The notes: generated by a model not told the origin, from the sequence alone. Shown: positions 8,919-16,611, numbered from the stretch's first letter. The stretch is DNA of 16,611 nucleotides from Deltaproteobacteria bacterium (GCA_033763315.1 JANRKS010000014.1:1-16611), one strand, 5' to 3'. Translations and numbers: made by a program.

Positions 8919-9281
8919 ATGTCGAACGAATTCAAAAATCCGATCGTGTACACAGAGCTGCAAACCACCGACCCTGCCCGCGCGCAAGCGTTTTACGGAG
9001 AGCTTTTTGGATGGAAAGCAGAGAAGGAAGCCACGCCATTCGGCCCCTACTGGATGTTCCAGGGTCAGCTGGCTGGCATGACCGCCCCGCGCGATGGCTT
9101 GCCCGCTGGATGGATCCCCTATGTGGGCAGCAACGACGTCACAACAGCCACGCGGCGCGCCCGTGACTTGGGAGCCGAGGTTTTGCGCGACTGCATTGCC
9201 ATACCTGAAGGCACGTTTAGCGTGATCAAAGATCCCACAGGGTGCGTGCTGGGTCTGTTTCAAAGCAATAGAGCGCAATGA
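8919..9281 (+). CDS. VOC (glyoxalase/bleomycin-resistance) family protein
   Basis: ELQTTDP..AQAFYGELFGW, WIPYV, ARDLGA, DPTG.VLGL motifs; AAGGA SD. Confidence 0.9.
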   Translation: MSNEFKNPIVYTELQTTDPARAQAFYGELFGWKAEKEATPFGPYWMFQGQLAGMTAPRDGLPAGWIPYVGSNDVTTATRRARDLGAEVLRDCIAIPEGTFSVIKDPTGCVLGLFQSNRAQ

Positions 9282-9309
9282 GTATTGCCCCCCTGATACT
9301 CTGAACCGC

Positions 9310-10080
9310 ATGCGGCGAGCTGACCGTCTGTTTCAAATCATTCAGCGGCTTCGCCGTCGTGGCGCCATCGTCACGGCGGCCCAGCTCGCGCGCGAACTCG
9401 AGATTTCCGAACGCACCGTTTATCGTGACGTTGCCGATCTCATCGCCTCCGGCGTTCCCATTGAAAGCGCCGCTGGACTTGGTTATCGGCTGCCCCGTGG
9501 CGGTTTTGATCTGCCTCCACTGATGTTCACTGAAGAGGAAATCGAAGCGTTGGCCCTCGGCGCCCGCGTCGTGAAAAGTTGGGGCGATCCACTGCTCGCG
9601 CGCGCGGCGCAAGACGCCCTCGCCAAAGTGGAAGCTGTTCTTCCTACGACCCTAAAAGATCGCATTGCCGACGCGCCTCTGTTCGCCGTGAACTTAAGAG
9701 ATCAGCGAGCCGTGGGAGCAACGCTTGAGACGATGCGCAAAGCCATTCGCAAACAGTGCAAGATCAGCCTTGAGTACCGGGACGAAAGCGGCCAGGCCAC
9801 GGGGAGAACGGTGTGACCGTTGGGCCTGTTTTACTGGGGCGTGAACTGGACCTTGGGCGCCTTCTGCGAACTGCGCGAAGGCTTTCGGAACTTCCGCCTC
9901 GACCGCGTCGCTGGCCTGCAAGTGTGCAGCGAGTGTTTCCCATCAACGCCAGGGCGAACGCTGCAGGATTTGTTCGCGTATTACCGAAGCGAGGCGCACG
10001 CAAGCGATGAGGCGGGGAAGACAGCCAATTCAAACTCGATCCCGTTGGCTTCCGTTGGTTCGAGGCGAGGCCGATGCTGA
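9310..10080 (+). pseudogene. YafY-family HTH-WYL transcriptional regulator with in-frame TGA at 9814-9816
   Basis: MRRADRLFQII, LEISERTVYRD wHTH, LPPLMFTEEE; after GTG-TGA the same frame continues PLGLFYWG..WTLGAFCELREGFRNFRLDRV (WYL domain). Confidence 0.88.
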
Positions 10081-10114
10081 TCGAGCCCAGGCGGGATGGT
10101 ATTCTTAAAATTCC

Positions 10115-10684
10115 ATGGCCGACCCTGCCCGAAAACTCGCTACCTACGCCGACGTCCTAGCCGCGCCGCCAAACATGACGGCGCAAGTCATCGGTGGTGA
10201 TTTGCATTTGCAGCCTCGGCCGTCAAAGCCCCACACGATAGCGACGTCCGCGTTGGGTGAGGAGCTGGGGCCGCCGTTTAAGCGCGGACGGGGCGGTCCT
10301 GGTGGCTGGATGATTTTGGATGCACCAGAATTGCATCTTGGGGATGACATTGTCGTCCCTGATCTGGCCGGATGGCGACGAGAGCGCATGCAAACCGTCG
10401 TTGACGATCTGCCTTATTTCACCTTGGCTCCAGATTGGGTGGCCGAGGTGTTAAGCCCATCCACAACGCGCCTCGACCGAACAAAAAAGCCCCGCCTTTA
10501 CGCCCAAGCCGGCGTTTCAGGGTTGTGGTTCATCGACCCCGTGGCCAAGACACTGGAAGTCTTTGAACGCGGCGATCAAGGTCAATGGGTGTTGCGAGAT
10601 GCCTTCAGCGAAGATGCCAAGGTCAAGGCCCGACCGTTCGACGCGATCACGCTGGATTTGAGCGTTTTGTGGGCCGGAACTTGA
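10115..10684 (+). CDS. Uma2 family endonuclease (PD-(D/E)xK)
   Basis: GGPGGW, PELHL, VPDLAGWRRER, APDWVAEVLSPST...DR..K..LYA..GV..W.IDP motifs. Confidence 0.92.
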   Translation: MADPARKLATYADVLAAPPNMTAQVIGGDLHLQPRPSKPHTIATSALGEELGPPFKRGRGGPGGWMILDAPELHLGDDIVVPDLAGWRRERMQTVVDDLPYFTLAPDWVAEVLSPSTTRLDRTKKPRLYAQAGVSGLWFIDPVAKTLEVFERGDQGQWVLRDAFSEDAKVKARPFDAITLDLSVLWAGT

Positions 10685-10870
10685 TTCAACACACCATCGC
10701 CCACAAACAATGAGGTGACGCAGGGCCATACTAGGGGTCCGTCACTTTCGTGGGGGCAACGCAGCCCGAACCGTGATCATCGATCGACAAGATTGGCGCC
10801 GCTGCCGCGCAGCAGGCGATCAACAAAGCCATCAGTCGCGGCGCCCTGTTGGCCCGCGGCTTCATTGCAA

Positions 10871-11146
10871 CTACGAATTCGCGAAAACAAAATCGATAGA
10901 ATGACCCACGGCCGCGCGCACCAGCCAACGTTTCAAGGTTGGCTCATCAGCGCCTTGTATGCGCTTGCGGGTGCTGGGTGCAATCGTTCCGAACTTTGCT
11001 TGCAACACCTCGAGCAAAGCAATCGCCTCACCTTCCAGTTTCCCTTCAAGCTTGCCCTCAAGCTTACCCTCAAGTTTCCCCTCGAGCTTGCCCTCAAGTT
11101 TCCCCTCAAGCTTGCCCTTTTCAATCAGTTGTTCTGCAGCGGTCAT
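10871..11146 (-). CDS. putative internally translated small Rpn C-terminal protein (RpnS antitoxin-like), 91 aa
   Basis: In-frame ATG (MTAAEQLIEKG) preceded by AAGGA with a 7-nt spacer; matches the known intragenic-antitoxin architecture of Rpn genes. Confidence 0.65.
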   Translation of the reverse strand: MTAAEQLIEKGKLEGKLEGKLEGKLEGKLEGKLEGKLEGEAIALLEVLQAKFGTIAPSTRKRIQGADEPTLKRWLVRAAVGHSIDFVFANS

Positions 11147-11899
11147 GGCGATGTCCTTGATGGCTGGCACGTGGGTGGCGATGGCGTTTTGAATGGCTTC
11201 GGGCGGCTGGTCGTTGGCCGCATAAAGATAGCTCAGAAACAAGAGCAAGGCATCTTGGCCATGGGGTCGAGAACGCAAGGCAGACAAGGATTGCGCCCAA
11301 AACGGGAGCGAAACGAGCCACTTGCTCCCGTTCCTGGCATCCCGGAGCAACCAGGCGGCGAGCTTAGGTTGCAGCGACCAAGCGCGTTGCTGAAGGTCCT
11401 GGTCCGATTGATGACTAAGATCATCAAGGGCAAAAGCAAAGTGAGGGACATAGGGTGCGATGGCCGGATCGAGGGCGAGCGCGCCAAAGAGGCTCTGCAG
11501 CGTCGTGGATGCCGTCCACCCCGTCAGGCTGTGGTGCAACACCACGGGCAGCACGATAGGCAAAGTCTCATGGTCCGCCGCTTCAATGTGCCGGTCCAAT
11601 ATGCGAACCACGTATTTGAGCAAACGTAGCGGCATCCACCGATCCACAGAGCTTTGATGCTCGAACAGGCAATAGATGAAGCCCGGCTTTTGCCTGATCT
11701 TCGCCGTGAACAACAAATCCGAGTGCGCGCTCAGCAAGTGCTCATCCACAAATGACCCCGGCGCCAACTGCAAGGATGACCATTGCACGTGCTTTTCCAC
11801 CTCGGGTGGCAGCGCCGTGCGAAGCGCATCGGCGGAATGCTCCACGTTGGAGAAGACCTTCTTGAACAGGGCATCATGGGGCGATTTCGATTCGGGCAT
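10871..11899 (-). CDS. Rpn family recombination-promoting nuclease / YhgA-like putative transposase
   Basis: PHDALFK, GSFVD..L....SDLL, FEHQSS.DRWMPLRLLKY, LP.VLPVVLHH motifs; EGKL repeats near the C-terminus. Confidence 0.92.
   Translation of the reverse strand: MPESKSPHDALFKKVFSNVEHSADALRTALPPEVEKHVQWSSLQLAPGSFVDEHLLSAHSDLLFTAKIRQKPGFIYCLFEHQSSVDRWMPLRLLKYVVRILDRHIEAADHETLPIVLPVVLHHSLTGWTASTTLQSLFGALALDPAIAPYVPHFAFALDDLSHQSDQDLQQRAWSLQPKLAAWLLRDARNGSKWLVSLPFWAQSLSALRSRPHGQDALLLFLSYLYAANDQPPEAIQNAIATHVPAIKDIAMTAAEQLIEKGKLEGKLEGKLEGKLEGKLEGKLEGKLEGEAIALLEVLQAKFGTIAPSTRKRIQGADEPTLKRWLVRAAVGHSIDFVFANS
11033..11116 (-). repeat. 7 x 12-bp tandem repeat encoding GKLE
   Basis: GGN AAR CTN GAR repeated 7 times with synonymous variation. 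Confidence 0.93.
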
Positions 11900-12032
11900 C
11901 TTGGCCACCAAGGATGCGTATCGTCGTCCGGTTGCGATTTGTTGCTTGAAATCCGGAGGCGGCCTAATGGTTGGGCGACATCCATTCGATGACCTCTATC
12001 GTTGAGATGGCGCGGTTGTGGTAAGAGGAGCT

Positions 12033-12134
12033 CAACGCATCTTAAACAAGTATGGATACCCACCGGATTTGCAGGAAGAGGCCGTGAAAACGGCGCTTCG
12101 ACAAGCCGAGTTGTTGTGTGCAGAGTGGGTTTGA
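12033..12134 (+). pseudogene. hsdR: remnant of type I restriction enzyme R subunit C-terminus (DUF3387-like)
   Basis: Translates to [33 protein letters not shown], the characteristic HsdR C-terminal KYGYPPD...QAE motif; upstream in-frame stop at 12003-12005. Confidence 0.8.
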
Positions 12135-12187
12135 AGTAACAAGTGCGCTTGGGTCCTTGCCACCACATGCAGCGAACGTATTCGCCA

Positions 12188-13306
12188 ATGAGCAATGAAG
12201 CAACCGAGCGACAACGGAAGCGGCAGCGCGCAGTCGCCCTTCTTCGGCGAGCGGCCGCCCAAGTGGAGCTTGGCGTGGGACGCGCCAAGCACGGGGTGAA
12301 GCGGCGCTTCGGCTGGATCGACCCCGTGGAGATCCTGCCGTACCGAGGCTTCGGAACGAGATCTCGGGTGAGGTTGGTTGGGCGGGTGGTTGAGGCGAAG
12401 GGCCTTGGCGCCCCTGCGCCCGAGGATCGTCCTTGGCAGAATTTCAAGCGTATGGTGCACCGGCTCAACTCGGCCGAGATCCCGGGCGTGCGCGTCTCAC
12501 TGCAGTTCGGCGAAGTCAGAGCCGAGACAGTTACCGACCACGAGGGCTACTTCGAGTTCGAGCTGCTGTCCGAGGACGGGGCGTTCCCTTCCCCAACTGC
12601 CGCGGCTGGTGGCTGGCATGAGGCCGCACTTTGCCTTGAAAGTGAAGTTTCACCGGGCCAGGGCCGCGTGGAGGCACGCGCCGCGATCATGATCCCGGAC
12701 GACGAAGCCGAGCTTGCCATCGTCAGCGACGTGGACGACACGGTCATCCAGACGCACGTGACGAATTTCTCGAAGATGGTGCGCGTGACGATGCTTGGCA
12801 ACGCGCTCACGCGGCTGCCCTTCGAGGGCACAACGGACCTTTACTGCGCCCTCGCAGCGGGGCCTCGTGGCAACGCGCGAAACCCCGTCTTCTACGTATC
12901 GAAGAGCCCGTGGAACCTGTACGATCTGTTGGTGGATTTTCTGGATAGGCACCGGGTGCCGCCGGGCCCGCTTCTGCTGCGAGACTGGGGGATACACGCT
13001 CAGGCGTCTTTGGACTTCAAGCAGCGGCGCATCGAGCAGCTGCTTGCGCTCTACCCAGCGCTACGTTTCGTTCTCATCGGTGACAGCGGCGAGCGGGACC
13101 CCGAGATTTACCTGGACATCGTCGAGCGGCACCCAGGTCGCGTCGCCGCCGTCTATATCCGGGCCGTTCACACGGACGGCAAGCGCCATGCTGAGCTTGA
13201 AGCCGTGGCAGCCCGCGCACGGGCGGCCGGCGTCGAGTTGCTCCTGTTAAAGCACGCACACGAGGCCCTCGCACACGCGCGCGCCCACGGACTGGCAGCG
13301 ATGTGA
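12188..13306 (+). CDS. App1 family phosphatidate phosphatase (DUF2183)
   Basis: IVSDVDDTV (DxDxT), FYVSKSPWNLY, GPLLLRDWG and FVLIGDSGERDPEIY motifs. Confidence 0.9.
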   Translation: MSNEATERQRKRQRAVALLRRAAAQVELGVGRAKHGVKRRFGWIDPVEILPYRGFGTRSRVRLVGRVVEAKGLGAPAPEDRPWQNFKRMVHRLNSAEIPGVRVSLQFGEVRAETVTDHEGYFEFELLSEDGAFPSPTAAAGGWHEAALCLESEVSPGQGRVEARAAIMIPDDEAELAIVSDVDDTVIQTHVTNFSKMVRVTMLGNALTRLPFEGTTDLYCALAAGPRGNARNPVFYVSKSPWNLYDLLVDFLDRHRVPPGPLLLRDWGIHAQASLDFKQRRIEQLLALYPALRFVLIGDSGERDPEIYLDIVERHPGRVAAVYIRAVHTDGKRHAELEAVAARARAAGVELLLLKHAHEALAHARAHGLAAM

Positions 13307-13362
13307 AGGAACGCGGACGGTGGTGCGAGTCTTGGGATGATAAAATGTATAGGCTTCACACC

Positions 13363-13911
13363 GTGAAACACCGTTGCCAATTCCAAATCGCATGGGCGCT
13401 GTTACTGCTTTGCGCTGCGGGGTGCGGGCCGGTGCAGCGGCCTGACGGTGGCTCGGGGCTTTTGGCTGTTGGATCTGCTGCCCCCGGGTTGGTGGCCAAC
13501 GACCATCTTGATCGCCCCGTTGATCTGAGAGCAGCGAAGATAAGCGTGGTCTATTTTTACCCGCGCGACGGAACGCCCGGATGCACCAAGGAAGCGTGTG
13601 CTTTCCGAGATGTTTGGCAGCGATATGAATCCGCGCACGTCCGTGTCATCGGCGTTTCCACCAACGCCGCACAAGAGCATCGAGAATTCGCAATAACGCA
13701 CAAGCTCTCCTTTTCGTTGATTGCAGATTCGCAGGGCGTTTGGTCAAAGGCTTTTGGTGTTCCTCGCCTGTTCGGAATGACCAAGCGGGTCAGCTTTCTG
13801 CTGGATGCCCACGGAAGCGTGGCCAAAGTTTACTCTGACGTGGATCCAGGCGTTCATGCGAATCAAGTTCTACGCGATGTTGCAGCACTGACGCGCGAGC
13901 CAGCGCGATAG
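13363..13911 (+). CDS. peroxiredoxin (BCP/PrxQ type) with N-terminal lipoprotein signal
   Basis: YFYPRDGTPGCTKEAC.FRD active site; hydrophobic leader ending AAGC; start uncertain (GTG 13363 or ATG 13345). Confidence 0.88.
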   Translation: MKHRCQFQIAWALLLLCAAGCGPVQRPDGGSGLLAVGSAAPGLVANDHLDRPVDLRAAKISVVYFYPRDGTPGCTKEACAFRDVWQRYESAHVRVIGVSTNAAQEHREFAITHKLSFSLIADSQGVWSKAFGVPRLFGMTKRVSFLLDAHGSVAKVYSDVDPGVHANQVLRDVAALTREPAR

Positions 13912-13930
13912 CCGACGGTTGGCGAGGTGG

Positions 13931-14269
13931 TCACAGCGGGCGGATCCCTGTATTGGACCAGCAGCCTGCCCTGTGCCGCGATCTACTCAGAAGGCCGGCG
14001 GACCGGTACCTCGGCAGCTTTGCCTGCACCAAGGGTGCTGCCAAGGCTGATTGCAACTGCGCCATGCTAAGGGTGTAGAAACCAAGCACCAGGGGCAAAT
14101 CGTTCGGGTCGTCAGCGTCGCGCGGGAGCACGTACGTGACACCTACTCGCTCTCGGTGGTTCGGCAGCGCGTGCTTGGCAAAGTAGAAGTCCAACGATGG
14201 TTTGCCGCCTCTAAAGCCAGTGGCGATGTGCGCTTCGTCGAGCGGAATCGTGAAGGGCGGCTCAGTCAT
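13931..14269 (-). pseudogene. GNAT acetyltransferase toxin (AtaT/TacT-like), 3'-decayed
   Basis: F..G.PSLD.Y, TYV, GFYTLS and KLPRY motifs, then similarity is lost; no in-frame acetyl-CoA (Q/R)xxGxG motif; ATGA overlap with the antitoxin stop. Confidence 0.8.
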
Positions 14270-14637
14270 CGTGCAGGCTTTCGTCGCTTCGATTTCTTGA
14301 ACCGGTCGGCAGCGGTTTTCAAGGCTTTGTTGGGCCCTGCAGATGGCTCCGCCAACAGTGCCCTCACCCTCTCCAGTGCTTCCGCAGATACCTGCAAAGC
14401 CGCAGGGCGCGCGGCCCACTCAAGCGCTGCCAGAGTTGGAGTGACAATGACGCAATCTGCGGTTTTGGAAGCGGGATCCACCGCAACCAAACGCTGGCCG
14501 CCTCTAACCGCCCTGACTGCCTGGAAGAAGACAGCCAAGGATTCATCTATCACCTGGCTGCGCGACAGGCCGAGCTCCGCTGCCAATTGATCGAGCGCTT
14601 TACCACGGCTGTCTGGGACTGTTGCTTCTATCCGCAT
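14266..14637 (-). CDS. putative antitoxin (RHH N-terminus, DUF1778-like C-terminus)
   Basis: MRIEATV...LDQLAAELGLSRSQVIDESL RHH pattern; C-terminal LQVSAEA.ERV.ALL..P..PNKALK.A; directly upstream of the GNAT toxin. Confidence 0.78.
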   Translation of the reverse strand: MRIEATVPDSRGKALDQLAAELGLSRSQVIDESLAVFFQAVRAVRGGQRLVAVDPASKTADCVIVTPTLAALEWAARPAALQVSAEALERVRALLAEPSAGPNKALKTAADRFKKSKRRKPAR

Positions 14638-14962
14638 CGGTCGGTTTCCCCCTCAGAAGTGAGGGATATTTGAGGGTATCACGACGCCTAGCACGACACA
14701 CCATTTTGCCGACATGCGGACGTATCTCACTGAAACGATTAGATTCGTTCGCAACCACCCATCCCCCCCCCCGGGACCGTGGCTCGTCTACGAAGCTCCG
14801 CTCCTACTTCCCCAAACGCTTGAGCTTCTTCGCGGCCTCGGGCGAATCGTAAAGGCGGAGGCAGCTTTTGAGGCGCATCAACCTGCCGCTCATCGTGTTT
14901 TCGGGGGCCAGGGCCAAAGTTCTGGCCGAATCGGCTGGCTGACTGAAACTTTACTTATCAGG

Positions 14963-14991
14963 TTAACAAAACTTGCGAACCATGGTATAAG
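14963..14991 (+). promoter_or_regulatory. sigma70-type promoter, probably leaderless transcript of XRE gene
   Basis: TTAACA-N17-TATAAG with extended TGn; ATG 14998 lies at the expected +1; overlapped by imperfect inverted repeat ACTTAT..GGTT / AACC..ATAAGT. Confidence 0.6.
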
Positions 14992-14997
14992 TGTTTG

Positions 14998-16155
14998 ATG
15001 GACCGGTCCGTACTAAGCGAAAACCTGCGCCGGCTGCGAAGCGCGCGCGGCCTGTCGCAGGGCGAGGTGGCGGATAAGGCTGGGCTCTCACGGGTGGCTT
15101 ACAGGAACATCGAAACTGGCACTTCGTCCCCTCGCGTCGATTCGCTCATGGGCGTAGCGACGGCCTTGGAAGTGAAACTTCAGGACCTGTTTGTGCCCGT
15201 GCGCGAACTCAAGTCCGTACGGTTCCGAGCGACGAAGAAGATGACGACTCGTGCGGAGCTCTTGGCCGGTGTAGCTAGATGGCTTGACGATTACAGTGAG
15301 CTTGAGACCGTGCTTGGCGATGCGAAGCCCTACGGATTGGCAAAGCTGAGCAAAACCATTGGCGAACTGAAAGATCCGGATCGGCCTCAAATTGCGGCAT
15401 TACGAGTGCGCGAAAAATTGGGTCTTGGGGCTCGCGAGGAAGTACGTGACATATGCGGGCTGCTGGAAGCGCAAGGCATCAAGGTCTTCACGCCAAAACT
15501 GGCGTCCGAAGGATTTTTTGGCCTTTCGGTTGCGGCGGCAGATGGAGGCCCGGCGATCATCGTTAACGTGTGGGACCGGTTGTCTGTTGAACGCTGGATC
15601 TTCACCGCCGCACACGAGCTGGGTCATCTGTTGCTTCATTTGGATGCCTATGACGTTTCGCAAACCGAAGAGGATCCGCGGCAGGAGAAGGAAGCCGATG
15701 TGTTCGCCAGCCATCTTTTGATGCCGCAGGAGCTGTTCAAGCAGAAGTTGGCTGAATCACGCGGTCTTCCGCTGGTTCGCCTGGTGTTCAAGCTCAAACG
15801 CTTCTTTGGCGTTAGTTGGAAATCGGTGCTGTATAGGCTCGCGTCGTCGTCCCCAGATGGGGGAAGGCTTTGGGGACGTTTTCAGTCCGAGTATCGGGCG
15901 ATGACGGGCAAAACGATTGGCCCAACAGAAGGACCACATGGCATGAAGGCCGCGGAGTTTCGCTCAGTGGCACCTTCAGCCAAGGTGGCTGACGAGCCGG
16001 AGCACTTGGTGGGCGACGACTTTGTTGAGGGCCGACTGCACTTACTGGTACGCCGAGCGGTCGAGCAGGAAGAGATTTCAATGAGCCGTGCGGCGGAGAT
16101 TCTGGGGATTGACCTGGAAAGCATGGGCGCCACTGCCAACTCGTGGGTGAGGTAG
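14998..16155 (+). CDS. XRE-family HTH fused to ImmA/IrrE Zn metallopeptidase
   Basis: NLRRLR..RGLSQ.EVA...IETG HTH; RWIFTAAHELGH (HExxH) and EKEADVFASHLLMP; C-terminal ISMSRAAEIL. Confidence 0.93.
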   Translation: MDRSVLSENLRRLRSARGLSQGEVADKAGLSRVAYRNIETGTSSPRVDSLMGVATALEVKLQDLFVPVRELKSVRFRATKKMTTRAELLAGVARWLDDYSELETVLGDAKPYGLAKLSKTIGELKDPDRPQIAALRVREKLGLGAREEVRDICGLLEAQGIKVFTPKLASEGFFGLSVAAADGGPAIIVNVWDRLSVERWIFTAAHELGHLLLHLDAYDVSQTEEDPRQEKEADVFASHLLMPQELFKQKLAESRGLPLVRLVFKLKRFFGVSWKSVLYRLASSSPDGGRLWGRFQSEYRAMTGKTIGPTEGPHGMKAAEFRSVAPSAKVADEPEHLVGDDFVEGRLHLLVRRAVEQEEISMSRAAEILGIDLESMGATANSWVR

Positions 16156-16230
16156 CGCGGCGTCGGTTCGATTGTAACCGATGCACGAAGCCTCGGGTTT
16201 GGCTGACCGCTGAAGCCGCAAACTGGCGGC

Positions 16231-16542
16231 ATGAAAAAGCACGCAAACGCCGAGCGGCGTGAGAGATTTGAGTCTTTGGTGGCCTCGGGGCTGAGCACGG
16301 CGAAGGCCGCAGCGGCCATTGGGATCTCTGTATCGACGGGCTTCGCATGGGCTCAGTCAGTGCGAGGACCGGGCGAGAGAAAGCGTAAATCGAGGACGGT
16401 TCATTTTGCGCAGCTGATCCCGCGAAGCGCGGTGATGGGCCCGATGCAGGTCGAGGTAGCCGGGGTCACCATCAAGCTGGACGCAAACTTCGATGACCAT
16501 GCACTTGCACGCTTGATTCGCGTCGCGCGAGGTGCGCAGTGA
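16231..16542 (+). CDS. tnpA: IS66 accessory protein TnpA (HTH)
   Basis: SGLS...A...GIS.ST...W HTH, F..L, C-terminal VEV.GVTI.L...FD...L.RLI; overlaps tnpB (GTGA). Confidence 0.82.
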   Translation: MKKHANAERRERFESLVASGLSTAKAAAAIGISVSTGFAWAQSVRGPGERKRKSRTVHFAQLIPRSAVMGPMQVEVAGVTIKLDANFDDHALARLIRVARGAQ

Positions 16543-16611
16543 ACTTTATGGGTTTACCGATCTACATCGCGCTTGAACCGGTGGACATGCGCATGGGTTA
16601 CGATCGGCTTG
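16539..16611 (+). CDS. tnpB: IS66 accessory protein TnpB (partial)
   Basis: MNFMGLPIYIALEPVDMRMGYDRL contains the PVDMRxGxDxL motif. Confidence 0.88.
   Translation, partial: MNFMGLPIYIALEPVDMRMGYDRL

Larger units (their letters stand above)
16174..16611 (+). mobile_element. IS66-family insertion sequence, left end
   Basis: Begins GTAACCG (IS66 termini start GTAA) followed by tnpA-tnpB in canonical order. Confidence 0.85.

Noticed and set aside
9814-9816. TGA recoding (Trp/Sec) as a genome-wide code change
   Set aside because: TGA terminates many other genes here at expected positions, and the site is not a Cys position.
10715-11629. 304-aa + strand ORF with LKFP/LKLA repeats
   Set aside because: Antisense to Rpn; repeats mirror the GKLE array.
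11731-12468. Minus-strand ORFs of 245 and 142 aa
   Set aside because: They overlap Rpn, the HsdR remnant and App1; no protein-like motifs.
14714-14998. 94-aa ORF upstream of XRE gene
   Set aside because: No recognisable motifs, and it overlaps the predicted XRE promoter; cannot be supported.

Overview
GC-rich bacterial window. The Gly-rich lipoproteins and the style of the Uma2 protein suggest a Myxococcota-like organism (inference). Metabolic and housekeeping genes include S-formylglutathione hydrolase, pirin, long-form ilvC, a ModF-like ATPase, an App1 phosphatase and a BCP peroxiredoxin. They are interleaved with many small TA/defence-like modules: two different nucleotidyltransferase + small-partner gene pairs, a Uma2 nuclease, an Rpn nuclease with an internal antitoxin-like start, a 33-codon HsdR C-terminal remnant, a DUF1778/GNAT TA pair with a decayed toxin, and an XRE-IrrE fusion. 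The left end of an IS66 element closes the window. Non-coding signals are tandem IlvY-like operators upstream of ilvC with no adjacent ilvY, a perfect palindrome upstream of a VOC-WYL pair, and a recurrent -10 box lying 6-9 nt before SD-less start codons (probable leaderless mRNAs). A greA/greB-like gene is frameshifted and the WYL regulator has an in-frame stop.
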